This document shows, piece after piece, positions 24,901 through 37,344 of a stretch of DNA of 64,000 bases; position 1 is the first letter of the stretch, and each line of letters begins with the position of its first letter. Below the pieces are notes generated by a model. The model saw only the letters and a list, made by a program, of their open reading frames with translations, did no database searches and had not been told where the DNA came from. The DNA lies in contig CM120645.1 of NCBI GenBank assembly GCA_051362555.1, forward strand, positions 13,330,001-13,394,000, written 5' to 3'. A program made the position numbers and the translations under genes. Origin of the DNA: Lingula anatina. Lineage: Eukaryota > Animalia > Brachiopoda.

Positions 24901-26049
24901 TATCACAATAGTTAAATACTGAGAGTTGGTCCCTTTAAATCCATGTGGGTTGGGCTGGCTGAAGACTAGGGGGCTAGCTGTAAACTAACCTGTAAACTAA
25001 CAACTAAAATATTCAATCAGTGTATTAGGCCTTGCCAGCAAAAACCAACCACTGCAATTTCTCCGAGGCTGAATCTTTTGCCCAAATACATTGAATAAAC
25101 TGACTTGTCATCTCCCTCCTCACTTTCCCAGATTTTTTTATTTTTTTATTTTTTATCGAATCTCCACACTGATTTTCAATGTTGTGTTGCTTAGAAGCAG
25201 AGATGGATAAGGCAAGTGGACTATTTATAACTAAATCAATATCCTGAATCTTGGAACCCACATTCTAGTCCCACTTAGACTCTGAATGATGAATGAAGGA
25301 TATTAAGTCTCACTTCCTAGTTCAAGCTATCTTGAGAATATATGGTTGAATAATTCAGTCAAACTTCCTACTTGAAAATTACTAAGCACCAAGTCTGAAA
25401 GTCTTCAGATAATTAACCCCTCCCCCTCATATAAATATTACCATGAGACGGTCATCAAGTTAATATTTTCCCCTAATTATAAAAAATCACAGTGGGTACA
25501 GAATAACATAACAGAAATAATATCTGCCTTCACATGTCAAAGTAATACTGCCAATATGAGGATTATGTCAACGGATTATCATTCTTTTACTTTTTATGTC
25601 AATTCACCTGTGTAGGAAAAAATAGCAGACTGAACAACAAATCAAAACAATGTGGGTTACAAAAATGCAAGAAATGATTATTGAGGAAGTATATCATTTT
25701 TGCACACGAATCCGATGTTGATTTTAATCACCAATATTTTTTTCATCGAATCAATGACAGTGACAGTGGCAATAATGACATCTAAGTCTCAAAGTAGACA
25801 AAAAACAATGAACTTAAGTTGGTCTTTCTAAGCATGTACATTAACAGTCTTGACGCAAAACAGTGCACGTGCCGAAACTTAAAACTGCTCGACATGAAAA
25901 TGAAATGAAAACAACAGTCCACACATGACTGACGAGCCGTCAAAACAGCTGAATTATACATTAGCCGTTCATTCATTCCACATAAACCTACCCACCTTCA
26001 CTTTCACTCGTATCACTTCTCTGTTGCTGGATCCTATCATTGGCGTCAT
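7261..26049 (-). CDS. TBC1D25: TBC1 domain family member 25 (OATL1), Rab GTPase-activating protein, about 848 aa
   Basis: Exons 26049-25996 (MTPMIGSSNREVIRVKVK), 23131-23022 (KSDGYKQPEYKKFSIDPQITSFEVLQSLLARAFDVT), 10439-10291 (..YLALLSDWDLDAAF..), 9854-9711 (LDDWDII, the LIR motif) and 9350-7261. The last exon carries the TBC domain with RDVLRTDR and YCQGM catalytic fingers and the C-terminal LPPPSEFGCGNPF. Phases are consistent. Confidence 0.95.
9861..10080. repeat. Tandem duplication, 2 x 110 bp, next to the TBC1D25 exon 4 acceptor
   Basis: GTGTTCAAGGACAGGACATATTACC starts at 9861 and 9971; the copies are nearly identical. Confidence 0.9.
10500..10750 (-). repeat. Degenerate copies of the TBC1D25 exon 3 acceptor region
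   Basis: Plus-strand AGTCACTGCA(A/G)TGAA, the reverse complement of the acceptor and exon start, recurs at about 10509, 10611 and 10726. Confidence 0.75.
11580..11701 (-). CDS. Candidate alternative first coding exon of TBC1D25 inside intron 2
   Basis: TATATAAAG on the minus strand at 11771-11763. ATG at 11701, 40 codons MRFSKNFLSKFRERKPFRRRSMKEKELFSPEISQQVETDE, then AG|GTATCG. This is phase 2, in frame with exon 3. Confidence 0.5.
12561..12735. mobile_element. PIF/Harbinger-type MITE
   Basis: TTA duplicated at both ends. Long TIRs GGGACCATTCATAATAGGGGACTAACTAG / CTGGTTAGTCCCCTATTCTGAATGGGGCC. Confidence 0.8.
15230..16850 (+). repeat. Old diverged direct duplication in TBC1D25 intron 2 (about 15230-15870 and 16330-16850) with internal sub-repeats
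   Basis: Shared blocks ATTTGTAGAAAGTGAAAACAAA, TCAATATCTATA..ATCAGAGTATGTAAAT and TGCATGATTTTGAT appear in the same order in both copies. Confidence 0.75.
18886..18953. repeat. (TA)n microsatellite
   Basis: Uninterrupted TA dinucleotide run. Confidence 0.98.
19953..22158 (+). mobile_element. Decayed ISL2EU-like (Harbinger-related) DNA transposon in TBC1D25 intron 2
   Basis: TIRs AGACCTTTTTCATCTTTTCCGGAAAT / ATTTCCGCAAAAGATGAAAAAGGTCT with AT on both flanks. The plus strand from 20043 encodes a broken THAP zinc finger (MAGFTC..CYNNSKRD..FNKFPT..VCAEHFEGG). The minus strand from 22068 holds a convergent broken ORF with a SAP-like LKRWLKHRNA*TVGKK segment. Confidence 0.82.
20043..20260 (+). 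pseudogene. THAP-domain N-terminus of a dead transposase
   Basis: The C..C, FP, W and CxxHF landmarks of a THAP domain are present but interrupted by stops and frameshifts. Confidence 0.75.
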
Positions 26050-28148
26050 CTTTTGGATATCATGGGACCCAGGAAAGCTACACAAGACAACCGGTGTGTT
26101 GCCAGCTCTGAAGTGAACTGCAGGATGCTATCGGCACCATCTTCTGACGTCACGAAGACTCGAAGTGAAACTAGGTCAAGCCATCTTGAGTACGCGTGTC
26201 TGCACCGTGTCCTCGTGGCACGTGAGGGCAGAGTCCGCTGCGAAGAGGCTGTTAGCCGGTATCTCGCTAGCTTTTGTGCTATCTCGGCAACGAAAAAAGA
26301 TCTAGAGTACAAAGTGACAAAAAAATTTACATTTTATTTTTCAATTTTAGCATTTGATGCTCTTGATTGTGATTTAGGCCTATTTAGCGTTATTTGTTTC
26401 ACCAAATAAGCATGTCAAGAGATGTGGGGTTACAAATGAACATTTTCCCCACAGTTCTAATTTTAATTAAAATACGAGGGCCAGGACAAGATGTTGGGAC
26501 TCACGTTCACTGTGCGAAGGCCCACAGGTAGGCCTACGTACTTTATGCGGCACGAATGCCGCGGAGATCCCTGACTCTATCCAGCACTATCTTGGGTTAA
26601 GATTAGATATGCAATATCTTTATTGCCGTTTAAAGCCCTCTTATCAGGTGAACATCAGCACACTTGCAAGGGCGAAATTCTAAGTGGTTAAAACTAACAC
26701 GAATGATATAAAGACCTTGGAGCAGACTTTACTGAGACTTAGTTCTAATTATTTTTGGAAAAATTATGCAAATGGCGTTTGGATGGTCCATTTCGAGGTT
26801 TCAATATCACGATCAGGGAACAGCCCCAAGAAAAGTAAATAGACCTGCAGACCTTTTGCAGAAATATATGTCGAAGAGGGAACCGACTTCACAAACTGTA
26901 CTGCAGGGCCTTGAATGTGCCATTAGATCACAATGCATTAATCCAATTAATGCAGCATTACCATCTCGCGTGTATCTAGCTTAGCCTTATTCTACGTAGT
27001 ATTTTAAATTAAAAATTCCCATGTTTTAGACTTAATGCATTTTGATGACTGCAAGGTAGACAATCTAGACACTGGCTTGCCACGATTAAATTTATCACAA
27101 ATGCTTTTTTCAAAAAGGAATACCAATAAACACATTCATGTCCCCGGATATTGCAGGCTAGCCGAATGTCAGTCACACATGCTTCACTTATGCACCTGTA
27201 CATATACATCAAGAGTGCGTTTACGTATTACGTAATACATGGTCCATTGGGCTGGATCCAGGGAGCGTACTTCATCACGCGGAGACAGGGGGCTCGACAT
27301 GAAGGTTTTATAGCGGGGTGTTACATGATATTAACTAACGGCGTCGCTGGGGGGTCTATCTCCATCTAATTACTGCCGTCGCCGTTTTGTCCTTCATCTT
27401 GCATTTCATTTCTTATTTAAAGTCACCTGGGATTTACATACTGGCTTTAGATGCAAATCAGGCTAAATTATCTTGCTTGTGCCTACTGATGATATTTCGG
27501 CACTCGTCAGAATGTTAGTGCAGAGAAGCCTAAAATATTGCCCGTTGATGTTTGAAGCTTGCATTCTCTTTAAATTACCTGTAGGCAAAATACGAAATGA
27601 TGAAGAAGACAAAACAACAAGATATGCCAATTAAATAAATAAATAAATAAAATAAGAAATGAATCAATGGATGTCAAAATCACGCGTCACTTTGAGTTCA
27701 AACGTAGCGTACAAAACTACCCAATAACGAAAATGTTTCGAATAATTTATAAGCACCCACTTACCACTATGCATTAATTAAATCAATATAATAATTTAGT
27801 GCACTTAGTTTCAAATCGAGCATGATGTTTTCCTTCCACTTTCCTTTTCTATTAGCGTTGATATTTTGAAGCAGTCACTATCAACATAAATGCGAATGAA
27901 AACAAAATCTTGAACTACGAAACGGCATATACAGTTTCGTTACTTTCCTTGTGGGATATATATGTATTGGGAATCGCTTTCGCTCGTTTTCTATTTGCAA
28001 GCTTAAGAGTCCTCACATAATTGAGTCATTCTGTTGATTTTCTTTACACAACATTTCCTAATATGTATTGGTATTTGATGTTTGTGTAAACATTATAAAA
28101 ATAGTATCTTATAGTAAAACTAGTATTCATGGCCTCGTGTTCCTTTAA

Positions 28149-28485
28149 AGGCATAATAACTCTTTGTATGAGACCTATATTTCACAATAAAAACCTTGTG
28201 AATAACTCATAGAAATATAATATATTCTGTTTTACCACAAAAACAGCAGTTATAGCTTTTATTCTGATATTTGAACTTGTCTTTAGACCACGTGACCTCC
28301 ATTGATGTCTATACTCTGTTAAAATCTCTTAAGAGATTTTAACAAAAAACCAAACTTTTTAGAAAAAAACCAGGGACTAACTTTGAATGTAAAAATGGAT
28401 TCATTAACCATTGGTAAGTATGGGAAAATTGTTGTTTACTCCAGGAAAATTCATTTTTTGGCCGAAACGAAGAGTTATTATTGCT
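28149..28485. mobile_element. MITE, Kolobok/T2-like, second copy (inverted relative to 3048-3384)
   Basis: TTAA at 28145-28148 and 28486-28489. The interior is the reverse complement of the copy at 3048-3384 and has the same length. Confidence 0.85.
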
Positions 28486-28494
28486 TTAAGTCGT

Positions 28495-28915
28495 GTAACT
28501 TTTCGACCGGTAACTAACACCACAAACAAAATTTCGTACAAATATTAATAATATCCTAACTTTCTGACAAGAAAGCATTTAACGGTTGTTTTCATGTAAA
28601 ACTTTCCATTCAAAAGTGTTATTTTTTCCGCTTGCAATTAAATGAGGTTAGAGACAGACGCTAAAACTGACCGCAAGCCAACAAACACATTTACGACGAA
28701 AATTTTCTATATATAAATAGTGTTCATATAAGTGTTGTAACTTTTCGACTGGTAATTAACAACAAAACAAAATTTTCCACAAATACTAACAATTTCCTAA
28801 CTCGCTGACAATAAAGCCTTTTACGATTGTTTTCAAGTAAAACTTTCCATTCAAATGTGGGTATTTTTCCACTTGCATATAAAATGTTGTTAGAGACGGA
28901 CGCTAAAGCTGACCC
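28495..28915 (+). repeat. Diverged tandem duplication, unit about 242 bp
   Basis: GTAACTTTTCGAC(C/T)GGTAA...AAAACTTTCCATTCAAA...GACGCTAAA occurs from about 28495 and again from about 28737. Confidence 0.85.
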
Positions 28916-30757
28916 CCCCCCCAACGAACACTTTTTCGAAAAAAAAAAAACTTTTGCAACATACTAAAAGGAGTGAAAAAGTAGCGTATATCGCTATTAA
29001 AAGAAGGCACCGAGCAAGCAATTAATCAACTATTCTGTCGCAGTAATTGTATCAGAAGGCGCAGCTGGCATTCGACCCTGGTGTGCATGTCGCTATCAGA
29101 TATTCGTATGTGTAAACCGGTCGGTGTGGTTTCAAGCATGCCAGATAAAATGACTGACAGGTGTCAAATACAGGTGGACGAAAGCTACACTCGGCAAATG
29201 GCTAAAACAATCAGTTTGGACCATCTTTCCTAACGAATTCGGACCGTAACTTTTCAATAAGTTTTCAGATTCGATTATTATGACATAAATTTACTTGTAA
29301 TCCCTGATAGTATTTCTTTTAAAATGTTCATAGTCTACTCTTTATGTTTCTATGTATGGTTAACACATTTTTTTTTGGTCGCACAAAGAAAAACGGAAAA
29401 ACAAACCTGTGTGACTGAAACAACCCCATTTAACAGGCAAAATAACTTGCCCATGGCTTATGGGTCATGTATTATCGCATATACGAAAGCATCGTGAGAA
29501 TTAAGTGCCCGGAAACAGGATTAGAAAGATAGAATTTTTTACAGTTACATGGAGTATTAAAATAAAGAGACTCCTGCCTAAAAACACAACTTTTATGCCG
29601 AGCTGCTTGTCTGATTAAAAACCTTTTCTTCTAAAAACAAAACATACACATAAAATGATACTGAATGGAGAATTTTTAATTGGCGATATCTGATAATGAA
29701 ATCAAGATTCTTCAAAGAAAAAATGATATACTTGGCCCTAATTTTTGCGTTAGTAAAGTACATACAAATAATAGCTACTTTTACTAACTGTTAATTCGTA
29801 GAACGACATTTCTAATATCGTAGTATTATAACAGAATGTATAACAATAATTTGCTGAAGATTTTATGAAATTCGCCCATGTTTTCTGATCTCTCTTATAT
29901 GGATAGTTGGACATCCAAGGTAACACTTCCACAAACATCACTGCATAAGGAAGACCTCTTTTAAAACGAGCAATTCTTTGAAAAATATAATCAGACAATT
30001 CTCTTCAAATCCCCCCTCTAGGATAAACTGAACATAGGGCGGTAATAAAAAGTGGCCAATGACGAAGATTATTGGGTGCAGTAACATACATTGTCTCAAT
30101 GCAACAAATTTTCAAGGAAATGAAGTGTGATCACCTTAAGAAATTGGTAACTAAATCTTTTCCAAGAAACCAATCACATTCACTGTACAGGAATAAACCA
30201 CCTTTTGAGCAAGGTCTCCAAACCCCACAGTGCATTGCGCTAAAAAGCCTAAAAGCTATATACCACAGAAGTCCCTGACGAAATGATCCAGTCTCAATTG
30301 GCAATTTAACACTGATAACATCCTTCCCAAGTTCACTCTATTTTTCAAAAAGCTTGTATATTTACAAATCCTGCGACAGCTGTCCTTGTCTATGTCAAAC
30401 AAATTACCTGGTGCCATGACAACCTTTCATAGTAACGACAAAATGATCTGAAAAGAAGTGCCAAGCTGGTATTCCAATGCAATCATTTTTCTAATTTTGA
30501 TTGAATTTCTCTCATGTTAAACCCCCCAAGGTAAAACAAATATGGCATACAATTTTGAGAGGGTAGGTATCAAAAAAGCAAAAACAATCTTGATCAATCC
30601 AGGGAATTCTTGAAGTGGTGAGTATCCCAATCACAAAAAGCACTTTTGATCCGTGCCTTTTCATTTCCATAACATAGAAGTAGTGTCTGTAGTTATTATT
30701 AATGCTAATAATAATAATATCTGGGGAAAATTCCTATTTAGCTCCTAGGAATCATTG

Positions 30758-31481
30758 TTATGCATTCTTTAGTTCATTCCCTATTTTGTAACCTAGGATT
30801 TTGTTCCAGTCTATCTTGGTGCGTGTTACAGGCAACTGTCGACGTAATGCCTTGAATGTTGTGTCCGACATTGTCAGGTAGTTCTTAGAGATGGCAGTCT
30901 GAAAGACAATAGATAAAAGGGTTATGGAGAGAGTTAAAAAATAATTGTAACGAAATCAAATAATTAATTATAATAATAATTTTTCATTAAAAAATTAAAT
31001 CAAAATAATAAATAAATATATAATAAATTATTTTAAAATTGAATTAAATAGAAATTATTTTTGTGACTGAATTTCAAAGTTTACCCCCCCAAAAAATAAA
31101 TTTAAAAAAATAAATAAATAAATAAATTCTTACGCTTCATTCACAAAACAGTCATGTTAAAATAAGTAATTCAAAAATGTAAAATCTGAGTTGCAAATTG
31201 TTTTATCTCTCCAGAGTAAACGATCTTAACACCAAGATCATAAGCCTTACACACTGCAGTAGCATGTTTGTCTGTCCTGGATTAGATGATGTAAAGCACT
31301 TGAACAAACACTGACACAGTAAGTGTGTCTATAACATTTGCTTTGTCTACTTCAAGAGCCAAAACTCAAGGTTATTATTGTCTCAAATTACTGGTGTACT
31401 ACAAGTCACACACACAAGCTCTACATACTAAAATGTTGGTTGATAAAGGCGTAGCTTGGTAGAGTGTCCATGTATTTGTGT

Positions 31482-31512
<31 letters not shown>

Positions 31513-34500
31513 GAGCAGATCAATGATACTGAAATTTGTTTAGAAAACATAACCATATTATGCAGAATTTGGATAGACCTTAACCCAAATGTTTTCTAAC
31601 ACCCTCCCATAAAAAGAAAATGTGTCTGAGGACAAAAGTAACAATTCGAATAGACATAGGTGATCAGAAAAATTTAATAAATATAGATAAAATATATTAT
31701 AACATGGATTTTATAACTAAATGTACCATGCAAAGGAGGAGTTAAGTAGAGATAAGACTGAACCTCAGACTAAAACTTCCTGGCAGATCAGTCAACTCTC
31801 CTGCACAGTTGTACTAAACTTGAAATAACTAGTTCATGGCCAGTCTAACATATACAGTGAGGATGTGAGCAGTGTGTTAGAGAAGAAAAGACCACAACTG
31901 AAAAGGAGTTGCACAACAGAATGACTTTGATTGTGATAGTTGTGATTTGTGAACTGAGCACAAGCCAAACTTGTTCCTTACTTGGTATTCATTCTCTGCC
32001 TCTTGTACAATTTGAACAAACTTCTTGGCTGTTTCTTGTTCACTCTGTATTGGTCCAGAATTCAGAAAATAGTAAAACGAAGATTACTATACAAAACACT
32101 TTCAAATCACTTACATGATACATATTAAGATTTTATCAAATACAATATCAAAAGATTTTTGACAAAAATGTGATAGATGAACCAACCATTTAAGAAATAA
32201 AGATTGATTTTAAATGCCAAATATAAATGAAAACTTTTAAAACAATCTTACTTGGGCTCTAAATTCTGTAAAATGTTCAAATAAATTAAAAATAGGAAAA
32301 GAGGAAAAAACTTACGGATGCATTTAGATCATTTTTCACTTCTTTAGAACTCACTAGTTGGACATTACCATCCTCATAATAGTGGACCTGAAAAGGGCAA
32401 CACAGAAATACATAATGTCTCTGGGAATAATCTACAATGCACTTTACACAAAAACACCTCCATTTAAAAATGACATTTTTGCAAAATTATAATGCCACTG
32501 AAATATCTTTTTTTATTATGCAACTGATAATAAAACATGCCTGGTATTTCATATTTACCTGCACTTTGAGAATGCCTGTTATTTCTGAGCTTCCACCAGA
32601 CTCTGGAAATGTGACAGACCATTGTGAACGCCAGCGGCCATTCCTGCAAGTAGAAAACGATGCCAGTGATGTCGGTACACACAAAATCATATCCACAGGT
32701 GATCTCTTTTTTTTCCTTCTCATCTTTTTATTAATTTTCTCCCTGAAAAAAAAAAACGCTATCAGAAGGCTATATACTCCTCCCTTACATTCGCAATATA
32801 AAATCTTACCAGAAATTCTTTGGCTGGAATTGGTGGCTTTCTATACAAGCTATAAGTGTGATGTTTCCCCCTGCACTGCTCCCATACACTGTGCAGTGAC
32901 CGTACTTGTAGTATTCATGGGTATAGGTGGTGAACGCTGTCTCCAGGGCTGCTCGCCAGGGCTCAGCTGTGTGGTCAATGTCCGCGGACTGCAGGTCACT
33001 GCCCTCTTTCCTCAAATGATCATACCTGAGATTCAAATGGAAAATGTGATTTATAGATATATGTCTATAGGTTCGATTTATCTTCTCCTTCATTTTTTGT
33101 AAATCAGCAATTTCGCTCAAGTCTGAATAGCCTAAAAATCAAAGAATCATCCCATATTTCTTAAAAAAACAATAGTATACATGTCAGTGGAACAGTATTA
33201 CCATGAGATCACAGGAAAAAGTATCTTGAGAATCAATAGAATCGAGTACTAACCTTAATGACTGTTTTGTTCTTGGTACTAAAAATCTACCCCCACCAAG
33301 GTCTCCATGGTCAGTTATTAGCACCTGGGGGATACAGAAAAACATAACAGAATGAGATAGCAAATATTTCTTTTGACACTTGTATCACTTACAGATTAGT
33401 TTCAGGACCCATGTAACCATATGGTACATCTTTAAAATTACAATGATTAATCAGTTGATTTATGTCTACTGCATAAAAGTGCAATTTTACAGTGTTTATA
33501 AATACAGTAAAACAAGACTGGTCCAATTTATTGTAATGCAATTTAGTTTTACCAAAGTCTAAAAACAGGAAGAGCAGTTTTACTGCCACAAAAAGCTTTA
33601 CTGCTGTTTAAAAATCAAGTGACATGTCATTACCTGTTCTTCAGAACCATCAACTTTGCATGGAGTGAACTGGTCTTTGTTGTATTGTGCAAAGGCCCTA
33701 CAGAGATAAAGGAAATAAATGAAACATTACATGATTTGAGCATTGACATACTCATATTCATAAGATAGCCAATTTAAACTGCTGACCAACCTCTCTTTTT
33801 TTTTTTTTTTTACATTTTAACAAGTACTGGTAATATAAAACCAATAAAAACATTAATAAGTACCACAGATTGTCTGAGACTATTAATCACACCACCCAAA
33901 CAACCAATTGATAAGAGTGAGAACAATAAGTTTTCATTACATGTATTTTATGTGTATTTAATGACCGCACAAATATAATCATCACTATCACCAACTTTGG
34001 AGATCTAATTGCAATTGTAACAGTGCTGAATTTCCAGATCAAAACATTTCACACATAATTATAAATATTCATGGCCTTTTGGGAAATTGAAAACAAGTGC
34101 CTTGAACACAAGTACCCAGATTATATGGTTTTTCTATTGCCAAGGTCATGGGAATTCAATGAGCATAAATTTTAAAGAAGGGCACACTGTGTTGACAGTA
34201 TTGATAATAGTGATTAAATATCACCTACCCTGATGCCTCCTCCTTCAATAAGTTATCATCATTCAGCAGTATTCTCACATCTGTAATCCACAAAATTTAA
34301 ATTACTAAAAGCATTACTATATATTTCAGAACACAACCTGGTGTTTTCTAATATAGTGTCTTTACCATGATAGAAATTGAACTATACAGCCATGCCTCTT
34401 CAATACATAATGTTTTAATGTGTCTGTATACACCCACATGTAATATTGCAAAACATTATATTGCCATTTGTCTAGTACAACGCAATGACCAGTGTTTTGT

Positions 34501-35662
34501 GTTTACCCTCTCCAAATTTACTATTAACGCATTGTTTCACAAATGCACACAAATTTTGGTATGGCTATGAAGGACGAATTGCGCCTTAGCAAATTGGACC
34601 ACAAGAATGTACTGATATGAAGACTGGGTCTGCACCTTACAGACACCATGAAACTGTATATATTGTAACAATACTGACATGCAGTAAACTTAAATTTAAA
34701 AAAAAATCTTCATAATACTTTCATTTTGAACTTTTTACTGTAGCAATGCCACTATCAATACCAGTATGCAAGTACAGGTATGTACACAACCCAGATAAGA
34801 ACATAGGTAAATATAACTCTTCACTTCCTTGATCTAACACGAGTGAGATAATGATCCACATACATGGATTATCCTTCACTAACTTTTGTGAGAAGGATGG
34901 GATCTAAGTATTTTACCAAAACTCAGGAAAAAATTATACCTTCTGAAAACAGAAGAGGGCTGCTTTCCCATTACTAGACAATTTCCCATTTAGAATACTG
35001 GTGATAAAATTAGCAATATCAGAAAACTCTGCACATGCTTCATTTCAATTAGAAAATGTTCCATCATTTGATGAATTTTTTCCAACTCACTGCCCAGATC
35101 ACTCCTCCAAGACTTCCCATTAAAACCAATAACCATGCACTTCATTCACTACTTTCATTATTATGCAAGAGCAACATTTCTGCACAAAAAAAGGGGCGAT
35201 ACTCACCGTTAAAAACTTCATTAAATTCTCCTGGAGGTGCGTGGAGGATAAAGTCAGAGGCTATCCGCACCTGAAGAGGCAAAAAACAATTAGTGCAAAA
35301 TATGAGAAGAAACATAACAAAACATTGGTAGCCAGATTACGATTGTGCTGCAGTCCGTTTTACTGCAGATATTTGTTGATACCTATATTAAGCAACCACA
35401 TTGAACTTGGACTGCTAATTAGCTTCTTCACATCTGCTGGAAAACATACTGTATGGACAGTGAGAGGTCAGCTGTTTTCTCAAATCACCTGTTGTCAGTA
35501 AATAAGTTATAAATAAAACGTGAGTTTAGACTAAAGCAATTCACAATGAGCATCAACAGGCTAACATTAAAAACAAAAAGAAATGTCAGGCAAATATGAA
35601 AAATGGCTTGAAACATAAAATGCCAAAATAACATCATTAGCATTTTTCTATCCATCTATTAA

Positions 35663-35711
<49 letters not shown>

Positions 35712-37070
35712 AGCAAAAAGGAAAAGAAAGAAAGAGAGTCAGAAAGAAAAGCAACAATGAAATAAATGTATTTTTTCAACTTGAATATTTGAACCTTTTC
35801 AGAGATATCGTCTGATTTGAAAACTTTCTAAAGTAAGTGCTGTTTGCTTCATGCAAAACTAACTTACATTTTCTCAGCAAAGCACAATTTTGAAATATAA
35901 AAGACCAAAACATCATTGATTAATGCATGAAGTATGCTGGTATGATTTTATTGATTTTACAAGTACATTAAACATAACAGCTACATTGCTGGAAATCAAT
36001 GCCTCATAACTCTATTTCAGCGTCTCAACTAGCTCAATATATAAGGATTGTTTTTTTCAATTTCTGTTTCAGTTACAAAGACAATACACTGTAAAAATAA
36101 CTATTAGTTGGCGATGTACTCAACATGAGCACCCAACTGTCAGACTGTTCTTTCTTCACGTTAAAGTCGTTGGAAAATGAATGCAGTTTTAAGAGAGGGC
36201 TTAAGCTCAAAACGAAGACCCCAAACTGTTAATTTCATATTCACATTGAAATAAATGAATAAATGAAACAATATTCCACAAAATGTAATTTTTAATCTTT
36301 TGGGACTGGATGCAAACTTGATAAGATGTTATAAAAAGTGGTCTATAAAAAACAGACATATTATCAACTTCAGGACAAAAATGACTGACAGTCATAAAGA
36401 TCACTTTTGTCATACAACCACCGCTCCTCACAATGGTAGGAAACTCCCCAACTCTCTTAGACTGCAACATTTGTTCAATATTAATGTACAACAAATAAGT
36501 TTGTTTTTCAAACTGTGACAATGCAATACCTTTCATGCATGCAAAGTTGCCAGTCACATAGGCGTGATTCCTATTAATGTGATTCATTACTGCACTGCGG
36601 GGCAAATGACAAGTCAATACAATGCTAAGGTAATGATTGTAACCCGAACCTCTTCACAATGACATCATGTGACAAATATCACTCGTTCAATATTAGAAAA
36701 CAATCAATGCAAAGCACTGTTCATAAATTGCAAAAGAAGAACCTGAATGTTTTTTTAAATAGGTCGGATGTTTTCTTAAAAGTGTCTGTTGTCAGAGAGA
36801 ACTGTTGCTGCAGTACAGAGATGTACAAATAAAAAATAAATAGGCTATCAAAAAGGCGGAAATGAAAAGTCGAAGCACAACTTCAAACTTAGCCGGTGAC
36901 CGGCTTCGTTTGATAAGTGCTTGTAGACAAGCTGAGCCAAAATGTGTCTAGAATTTGAAATGGAAACAACGTAAGAAGCCTCTCTGACACTCAGCGACAA
37001 CATGTTTATCTTTCAATCACCGGAAACTAACCTTTTCTTCATCTGAAATGGGTTCATCATAGTCTGCCAT
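30758..37070 (-). CDS. CAPZA: F-actin-capping protein subunit alpha, 288 aa
   Basis: Exons 37070-37032, 35270-35207, 34280-34229, 33697-33634, 33324-33254, 33025-32810, 32643-32559, 32387-32316, 32044-31982, 30898-30758. Protein [35 protein letters not shown]...[21 protein letters not shown]...[12 protein letters not shown]...[20 protein letters not shown]. Confidence 0.97.
35664..35710 (+). repeat. Poly(A) run in CAPZA intron 1
   Basis: About 47 consecutive A. Confidence 0.9.
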
Positions 37071-37344
37071 TTTGCTGTCTGTCTGTGTGTCTTTTGCGGT
37101 ACACGCCTTTCAATGCATTCTGGGATTGAGGTTTATTTCTCAAAATAGCCAACTCCGCATGCACACATTTTACGGATATCAGGTAAAAATTAGTAAAACG
37201 TAATTCTAAACATAAATTTCACCAGATTCTTACCATATCTTCAAAATTCAATGTTCTCGTAAAGTTCCAAAAACTAGAGATGTTGCAGACTTCAACTTCC
37301 GTTTACAGGTTGACAACATTTTGATCGATGGAGTAAACACCACC
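37071..37344. promoter_or_regulatory. Bidirectional promoter and 5' UTRs between CAPZA and NICN1
   Basis: The divergent start codons are separated by only 274 bp. GCATTCTGGGATTGAGGTT (37115-37133) resembles the ZNF143/Staf site, and an ETS-like ACTTCCG lies near 37295. Confidence 0.75.

Noticed and set aside
32437-33102. 221-aa plus-strand ORF
   Set aside because: Antisense to CAPZA exons 6-7 and their introns; composition is not protein-like.
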